From Candidatus Kerfeldbacteria bacterium (GTDB lineage Bacteria > Patescibacteriota > Patescibacteriia > SBBC01 > CAIJZX01): a DNA stretch of 64,000 bases. The first letter of the stretch is position 1; every line of letters begins with the position of its first letter. The notes beneath the pieces are model-generated. The model searched no databases. It was given only the letters and a program-made list of their open reading frames with translations, and had not been told where the DNA came from. The DNA lies in contig CAIJZX010000012.1 in assembly GCA_903825245.1 (NCBI GenBank), positions 12,059 through 76,058 on the forward strand, given 5' to 3'. Positions 59,310-64,000 of the stretch are shown here, piece by piece. The translations under genes and the position numbers were made by a program.

Positions 59310-60001
59310 ACATTCCTCCGTTCATCACGCACAACTTTTCCGTCGGCCATCTCTACCAATCGATTGGCATGGATCGTCTCATCTTGTTCATGTGTCACCA
59401 TCACAATCGTGTGCCCGGCATCACGATTGAGGTGACGAAAAATACCGAGCACCTCCTTCGCCGCCACCGAATCAAGGTTCGCCGTCGGTTCATCAGCAAA
59501 CAAAATCATTGGATCATTGATCAATGCGCGAGCGATCGCGATTTTCTGTTGTTGGCCACCAGAAAGCTGACTTGGTAAATGCGTCGCATGATCTTCAAGG
59601 CCGAATTGCTTCAACATAGCCAAGGCTTTTTCCTTCGCTGCCTTAAACGACCCGAGCATCATCGCCGGCAACATGATATTTTCCAAAGCCGACAATTCTG
59701 CGATCAATGCATACTCTTGAAAAATATATCCGAGTTTCTGTAGTCGTAATTCGGTTCGCTCATACTTCTTCAACTTCGTTACATCGTGACCATTGATGAT
59801 AATTTCACCACTATCCGGTCGATCGAGAACAGCCAGGTTATGCATCAACGTCGACTTCCCTGCCCCGTTGCGTCCGGTAATCACGACGAAATCACCACGA
59901 TTGATATCAATGGTAACGTGCTCCAACGCATGTACAGAAACCTCGCCCAGATGGTAGGTTTTCGTCAGATCCTTAGCGATAATGAGCGACGATATGTCCA
60001 T
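59306..60001 (-). CDS. ABC transporter ATP-binding protein (MacB/LolD-like)
   Basis: Walker A GRNGAGKST, signature LSGGQQQKIAIARAL and Walker B ILFADEPT. Start at ATG 60001 (MDISS). Confidence 0.85.
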   Translation of the reverse strand: MDISSLIIAKDLTKTYHLGEVSVHALEHVTIDINRGDFVVITGRNGAGKSTLMHNLAVLDRPDSGEIIINGHDVTKLKKYERTELRLQKLGYIFQEYALIAELSALENIMLPAMMLGSFKAAKEKALAMLKQFGLEDHATHLPSQLSGGQQQKIAIARALINDPMILFADEPTANLDSVAAKEVLGIFRHLNRDAGHTIVMVTHEQDETIHANRLVEMADGKVVRDERRNV

Positions 60002-60098
60002 ATTTTCTTCGCCCTGAAGTGTAGCCGTCTTAGACATAATAATCAAGACATGACAAACCAAAAACCCACCTTGCGGTGGGCTCGTGGTTTAAAATCCT

Positions 60099-60271
60099 TA
60101 GTAGCGTCGTGGGCGATCATTACCGAACGCTTTGCGTTGCGGTTTGTGCTCGCGGCAGTACACTGGACGTTGCGGGGTCCCGTCTGGGTTCATGGCCGGT
60201 TGAAACGGAAGCTCGGTGATGGCCGTGCCACAAGTGGCGCAGGTCAAATTCAACGAGGTTACGTCGATCAT
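60099..60271 (-). CDS. Tiny hypothetical Cys-motif protein (57 aa)
   Basis: MIDVTSLNLTCATCGTAITELPF...YCREH (C-x2-C ... C-x2-H). The ATG overlaps the stop of the upstream tiny ORF (ATGA). Confidence 0.3.
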
Positions 60272-60471
60272 CGGTCGGGGACCGCCTTGGTTGTAATCCA
60301 TGGTGGGCTTTTCGTGATGTGAATGAAGTGTGGGTCGACTTCGAAAGCCCGTTGTACTGCGTCTTGATCCGGCTCGGCCGGATAATCTGCGTTCGTAGCT
60401 TCTTTGTCCCAACGCGGGCAAGGATAGCAGAAGACGTGATTTTTGTCAACCCCCATACCAATTTGGGGCAA
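60268..60471 (-). CDS. Tiny hypothetical CxxC protein (62-67 aa)
   Basis: MPQIGMGVDKNHVFCYPCPRWDKE... with an acidic, protein-like composition. It lies upstream of and is coupled to the 57-aa ORF. Confidence 0.3.
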   Translation of the reverse strand: MPQIGMGVDKNHVFCYPCPRWDKEATNADYPAEPDQDAVQRAFEVDPHFIHITKSPPWITTKAVPDR

Positions 60472-60615
60472 TCATATGGCTTTCGAAGCCATTTTTGAAC
60501 CTCTAAAGCATTTTATAAAAAACCCTTTTCGGTCAATTGGTGTGGAGGTCAATAGCTGAGGGTTTTTGGGGAAAGAAAAACCGCCATGTTGCCATAGCGA
60601 ATACTTATTTTATGA

Positions 60616-60975
60616 CTACTTCTGCGGCGGTGGAACCTTCTTCCAGTCGCCACCAGCGTTGTGCACCCAGCCGGTACCGTCAAGTTCGACGATACGATTG
60701 CTGGCAAGCACCACCTTGATGTGCTTGACCCCTACCACCAACGGCAGGTGGCCGCTCTTGACCCAGCCATTCAAGGTCAGATCGTATAGATCACCGTTAT
60801 CGAACAGAACGGCCGTCCCCCCACCCATGACCGGCAACCGTTCGAGATCCGGCTGTCCGTCATACACTTGGTCGGCGCGAGCAGAAGTCGGGCTGACTTG
60901 TGTTGGCATCTTCGTCATCAGACCAATCATCAACAATCCGCCGACGATCAGCACAAGAATGAACATCCTCTTCAT
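60616..60975 (-). CDS. Small secreted hypothetical protein
   Basis: MKRMFILVLIVGGLLMIGLMT signal/anchor sequence, then a ~95-aa domain. The opposite-strand ORF 60566..61036 is S/P-rich and judged spurious. Confidence 0.45.
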   Translation of the reverse strand: MKRMFILVLIVGGLLMIGLMTKMPTQVSPTSARADQVYDGQPDLERLPVMGGGTAVLFDNGDLYDLTLNGWVKSGHLPLVVGVKHIKVVLASNRIVELDGTGWVHNAGGDWKKVPPPQK

Positions 60976-61185
60976 TTTGATCTCCCAGGTTCGAGAAAGC
61001 AACCACCACGCACATCAAAATACTGGTAGAACTTAGGATATTTTGGATATTTTGTCAATGACCGCTTAATTTTTGTCGTTCTGGAAAACTTCGTGTACAC
61101 TATAGCCATGTTCATCGGCTGTATAGATGACGGGTTTATAACAAAAACACCGGAGGCGTATACCGCAGGGCGGAAAATTATGTAC

Positions 61186-61578
61186 CTATTTTTTTACAAT
61201 ATCCATCCACAATCCTGCCACCAAGGCCACGATTGAGGAAGCAAAAATAACATAGTAATTCCACTTTTCTCGCGATGACTGCAAGGTAGCGAACAAATAA
61301 TCCAACCCGGCGCGATCGGTATCGGACAGTTCTTTCAACTGCGGAATTTTTTCGGCGAGTTTCAATTCCTTGATAACTCGCGACCGACGCTTTGCAATGT
61401 CATAGCGGTGCAAGAAATAAATGACGAAACCAACTGTACCAACATACCAAATCACCCGCAGTACGACCGGATTGGCACTGGTGAAAAAGATAATTGCCCG
61501 ATAGAGAATCGTAGCGACAATCCCCGTCCAAAAGAAAAAGGCACGCGTTGCTGATCGATGCAGTGTTGGAAGCTCCAT
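61186..61578 (-). CDS. Hypothetical 3-TM membrane protein co-transcribed 6 nt downstream of the heliorhodopsin
   Basis: Three hydrophobic helices plus a charged amphipathic segment (KRRSRVIKELKLAEKIPQLKELSDTDRAGLDYL). No family recognised. Confidence 0.5.
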   Translation of the reverse strand: MELPTLHRSATRAFFFWTGIVATILYRAIIFFTSANPVVLRVIWYVGTVGFVIYFLHRYDIAKRRSRVIKELKLAEKIPQLKELSDTDRAGLDYLFATLQSSREKWNYYVIFASSIVALVAGLWMDIVKK

Positions 61579-61584
61579 AGCCGA

Positions 61585-62352
61585 TTAGACTGGACGTAAC
61601 GTGCCGGCAAATACTTGCCAAGCGAGCAACGACTTCGCTACCAAACTTAACACTAAATATGTTTTTTCACCGTACAGGTAATCCGTCCATTTCCCGATTT
61701 TCTTGTATTGTAGAATCATATTGATCTCGAAACAATTGAAGAACAAGAAAATGGAAAGATAAATCCAATAGACAAACGTCGGTGCTTTGTCAGTCGGGCC
61801 GAATAAGTATATACCGATTACAATCCACGGAATTATTCCGGCGATCGAACCAAAAATAAACGCCGTCCAATCTGTTTTCGACGTAGTCTGATTATGAACC
61901 TCCATCATCCAACCGAACAGAATCATCATGGCGTTAACACCGAAGAGGCAAATGATGGTCGCGATATCGTAGATGCCGACGAGCATGGCGATAATGACAA
62001 TCATCAACGACGAGGAGAAACTGTATTCAATCCATCGCGCCAGGTTCATTCCCTTTTGTAAATTGCCAACGTACCACTCATAGATACCAGGCATCGACAC
62101 CAAGAAGTGCGCCACCGATGACAAAAACAAAAAACCAGCAACGAGTGGACCGATACGTAATTCAGCCAATGTCGACAATACCGGCGTGAGCTTTTGTGTG
62201 GCCGTATCAAAATGCAGAAAGGCCGCCGTTACTGGTAAGGCAAACTTGGAACTGAGCGCCAACATGGCCACGCCCTGAACGGCGTGCAATATTGCCATAG
62301 AAATATTCCAGGTACGCAGATTTTTAAATTTTGCTTCGAGTGTATTTGGCAT
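61585..62352 (-). CDS. Heliorhodopsin (7-TM retinal protein, inverted topology)
   Basis: By-eye alignment with heliorhodopsin 48C12: ARWIEYSFSSSLMIVIIA against RWVEYSLSSSVMIVLIA (counterion Glu); FGVNAMMILFGW against FGVNASMILFGW; IAGIIPWIVIGIYLFGP; GEKTYLVLSLVAKSLLAWQVFAGTL against GERAYIVLSLVAKSALAWQIFSGTL (Schiff-base Lys). Both conserved His are present (AILHAVQ, VAHFLVS). Start at ATG 62352 (MPNTLEAKF). Confidence 0.85.
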   Translation of the reverse strand: MPNTLEAKFKNLRTWNISMAILHAVQGVAMLALSSKFALPVTAAFLHFDTATQKLTPVLSTLAELRIGPLVAGFLFLSSVAHFLVSMPGIYEWYVGNLQKGMNLARWIEYSFSSSLMIVIIAMLVGIYDIATIICLFGVNAMMILFGWMMEVHNQTTSKTDWTAFIFGSIAGIIPWIVIGIYLFGPTDKAPTFVYWIYLSIFLFFNCFEINMILQYKKIGKWTDYLYGEKTYLVLSLVAKSLLAWQVFAGTLRPV

Positions 62353-62387
62353 ACATGTATGTTTGTAAATATGTTCTCGTGATTTGT

Positions 62388-62396
62388 AGTATATCA
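62388..62396 (-). promoter_or_regulatory. Candidate extended -10 promoter (TGATATACT) upstream of the heliorhodopsin
   Basis: rc of agtatatca at 62388-62396, lying 36-44 nt before the heliorhodopsin ATG. No good -35. Confidence 0.3.
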
Positions 62397-62404
62397 CATT
62401 CCGA

Positions 62405-62941
62405 TTAGCGCCGATACTTCGCGTAGACGAGTAAGTCCAACCACTTCTGTCCTTTCCGCACCGCGTGAATTTCGTTCGCTGTTCTATAAAATCCGGATTT
62501 TTCTAAGACGCGACCCGAAGCGGGGTTATTCAGTAATGTCCGTCCAATCACTCGTACCACCGGCCACCAAGAAAAAACAAATGGAACGAATTTCCGTACA
62601 ACTTTCGTCATTCTTCCTTGACCCCAATATGCTGGCGTCAGCCAGTAACCGATCTCCGCTTCATCGCCGTGACGACTCGCGCTGACCGCACCGATGACTT
62701 CCTGACCACACGTAATCACATAGTGCCGTTCATTCACCGGTCGTTGGCGGTACCGCCGTCGACACAACTGAATCCAGGTGACTGCATCGCGTCGCCGATA
62801 CGGATACGGCATGGAGGCGGTCATGACAGCAATATCCGGAACATTTGCCGCTCGACGGAGCGATTCAACATCCGTCGTTTGATATTCGCGAATAGTCATT
62901 CCGGAAACACTGAACACCGTTGGCACTAAAGAATATTTCAT
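62405..62941 (-). CDS. GNAT family N-acetyltransferase (RimJ/RimL-like)
   Basis: VIGAVSASRHGDEAEIGYWLTPAYWGQGRMTKVV and NPASGRVLEKSGF are GNAT motifs A and B. Confidence 0.75.
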   Translation of the reverse strand: MKYSLVPTVFSVSGMTIREYQTTDVESLRRAANVPDIAVMTASMPYPYRRRDAVTWIQLCRRRYRQRPVNERHYVITCGQEVIGAVSASRHGDEAEIGYWLTPAYWGQGRMTKVVRKFVPFVFSWWPVVRVIGRTLLNNPASGRVLEKSGFYRTANEIHAVRKGQKWLDLLVYAKYRR

Positions 62942-63190
62942 TTAGTGGAGGTGAATACCGTGCCACCGCCGTCCATCAATATACACCACGCGGTACCATA
63001 ACTGACCAATAAAATATCCGGCGACCAAACCGATTCCGATACACACCCAGAACCAGACATTAATAATGTTTAACAGGTCATTCAATACAGCAAAGTAAAT
63101 TTGCATACAAACACTAACAAGTGCCCAGAGTATCATCGAGCTCAAGATATACACTGGCTTTTTCCAATCAGGCTGAGGTATTGGGGTCAT
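62942..63190 (-). CDS. Small 2-TM hypothetical protein
   Basis: 82 aa with two hydrophobic helices, sandwiched between the hypothetical and GNAT genes with 0-3 nt gaps. Confidence 0.35.
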   Translation of the reverse strand: MTPIPQPDWKKPVYILSSMILWALVSVCMQIYFAVLNDLLNIINVWFWVCIGIGLVAGYFIGQLWYRVVYIDGRRWHGIHLH

Positions 63191-63193
63191 AAG

Positions 63194-63985
63194 TTATTGT
63201 GTAACATTAATAAGTGGCCTGGCCGGTGCTGTCACGGTCGCGTTTCCGGTAGTAGCCGATGGAAGGATTGTGGTATCGGTCCCGGTAAGCAACGATTCAA
63301 TCAATGGCACGACGACACCTTTTTGATACAAGGTAACACTAATCGGCACATCCTTCACCGCAAACCACAGTGCAGGCACGAGATAATCTGTACCGTCATT
63401 CGAAAGTTGATATGAGCTGATCATGTATACCGGGGTTGGCGCAGAGAGTGGAACGCCGTTCGTTGTTCCGTCGACCGAAGCTGGTTGATAGAGTCCGCCG
63501 CGCTTCGCTACTGCCAACACCGCCGCCGGATCAGTCACGAGCGAATATTGCGATGCCGTAAACTGCAGATCCGTGATATTGGAAGCGCCGGAAACTGATT
63601 GTGTGGCGCTATCTATCGTGATGGTTAGGCCATAGGGAAATCCGCTTTGGTCGACAACTGGCGTTCCCTGCACTATCCATGGATACACCACTGAAATCAC
63701 TGGTGAGTACACGATCGTATCCGTCGCTTGAGCCATCGGCATCGTGAAGTAATTGTCATCCTCTACGATCGGCGTTCCAAAATGTTCTTTGGATATTCCG
63801 TGGGCATCGAGGAATGTTTGGGCAATCGTCAGAGCTTCGGTGGAAGACAGTGTTGAACCGCTATTCACTGACGATGGCATCATTTTTTCATTCGTCACAA
63901 ATGATTGACGATACAGTGACGTCGTACCGCGCTGTGTGTCGATGGATATGGTATACCCATCGCTTCCCTGCTCAGTCAGAGTCAT
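63194..63985 (-). CDS. Hypothetical T/S-rich protein, probably 5'-incomplete (the frame stays open to the window end)
   Basis: No signal peptide at the listed Met. The frame is open through 64000. The protein is beta-rich and likely secreted. Confidence 0.4.
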   Translation of the reverse strand: MTLTEQGSDGYTISIDTQRGTTSLYRQSFVTNEKMMPSSVNSGSTLSSTEALTIAQTFLDAHGISKEHFGTPIVEDDNYFTMPMAQATDTIVYSPVISVVYPWIVQGTPVVDQSGFPYGLTITIDSATQSVSGASNITDLQFTASQYSLVTDPAAVLAVAKRGGLYQPASVDGTTNGVPLSAPTPVYMISSYQLSNDGTDYLVPALWFAVKDVPISVTLYQKGVVVPLIESLLTGTDTTILPSATTGNATVTAPARPLINVTQ

Positions 63986-64000
63986 AGAATCTAAACGGAG

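Noticed and set aside
60120-60461. 113-aa and 107-aa minus-strand ORFs with R/S-rich N-termini
   Set aside because: Their N-terminal portions are the out-of-frame shadow of the acidic CYPC ORF. Only the C-terminal 57 aa from MIDVTS looks genuine.
60561-60582. Inverted repeat GGTTTTT-N8-AAAAACC downstream of the small secreted-protein gene
   Set aside because: The stem is made of A/T runs with no GC clamp and no trailing U-tract. Terminator function is unconvincing.
60566-61036. 156-aa plus-strand ORF
   Set aside because: S/P/C-rich with a low-complexity feel. It is antisense to a cleaner ORF that has a signal peptide.
1-64000. Mobile elements, CRISPR arrays, rRNA and tRNA genes
   Set aside because: No transposase or integrase-like ORFs, no direct-repeat arrays and no tRNA-like T-arm or acceptor motifs were seen in any intergenic gap. 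Intergenic space is minimal except at 35.3, 36.4, 57.0 and 61.1 kb.

Overview
This 64 kb window is almost entirely protein-coding and reads like a cell-envelope region of a monoderm-type bacterium. GC looks mid-range by eye. There is no outer-membrane secretin or LPS machinery, PilMNO appear without PilQ, a PMT-like GT-C transferase is present, and there is a heliorhodopsin gene. Layout:

- **1-420:** an unlisted 5' gene fragment on the minus strand that runs off the window start, a small HTH-like ORF, and a rho-independent terminator.
- **0.8-2.4 kb:** speH-type S-adenosylmethionine decarboxylase, ribosome hibernation factor and a methyltransferase.
- **2.4-10.8 kb:** a minus-strand dcw/mur cluster (murB-murC-murG-ftsW-murD ... 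mraY) interrupted by a Nudix hydrolase and an unknown 231-aa protein.
- **11.2-13 kb:** a PMT/ArnT-like GT-C glycosyltransferase.
- **13-18.4 kb:** a type IV pilus assembly operon (pilB-pilC-pilM-pilN-pilO) behind a perfect TTGACT-N17-TATAAT promoter.
- **18.5-23.9 kb:** rpmA, a DUF84-like NTPase, pyrG, rplI, an S41 C-terminal protease and murA.
- **24-30.4 kb:** a minus-strand envelope operon with a PEGA protein, a second GT-C-like membrane protein, a 521-aa surface protein and a polysaccharide deacetylase.
- **30.6-52.5 kb:** a ~22 kb glycan biosynthesis island. It carries gmd plus two Rmd/Tld-like reductases, a sugar-1-P nucleotidyltransferase, five GT2 and three GT4 transferases, four methyltransferases, Wzx, two polyprenol-phosphate glycosyltransferase modules with GtrA and DUF2304 partners, a UXS-like decarboxylase and a truncated epimerase remnant.
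- **52.5-57 kb:** an S8 subtilase with FG-GAP repeats, an HtrA-like protease and a membrane protein.
- **57.2-60 kb:** a mutY-like glycosylase and an FtsX/MacB-type ABC pair.
- **60-61 kb:** two tiny translationally coupled Cys-motif ORFs and a small secreted protein.
- **61.2-64 kb:** a heliorhodopsin operon (hypothetical - 2TM - GNAT - heliorhodopsin - 130-aa 3TM protein).

No rRNA, tRNA, CRISPR or transposase was recognised.

All calls rest on motif recall and reading the ORF track against the sequence. No database search was possible.
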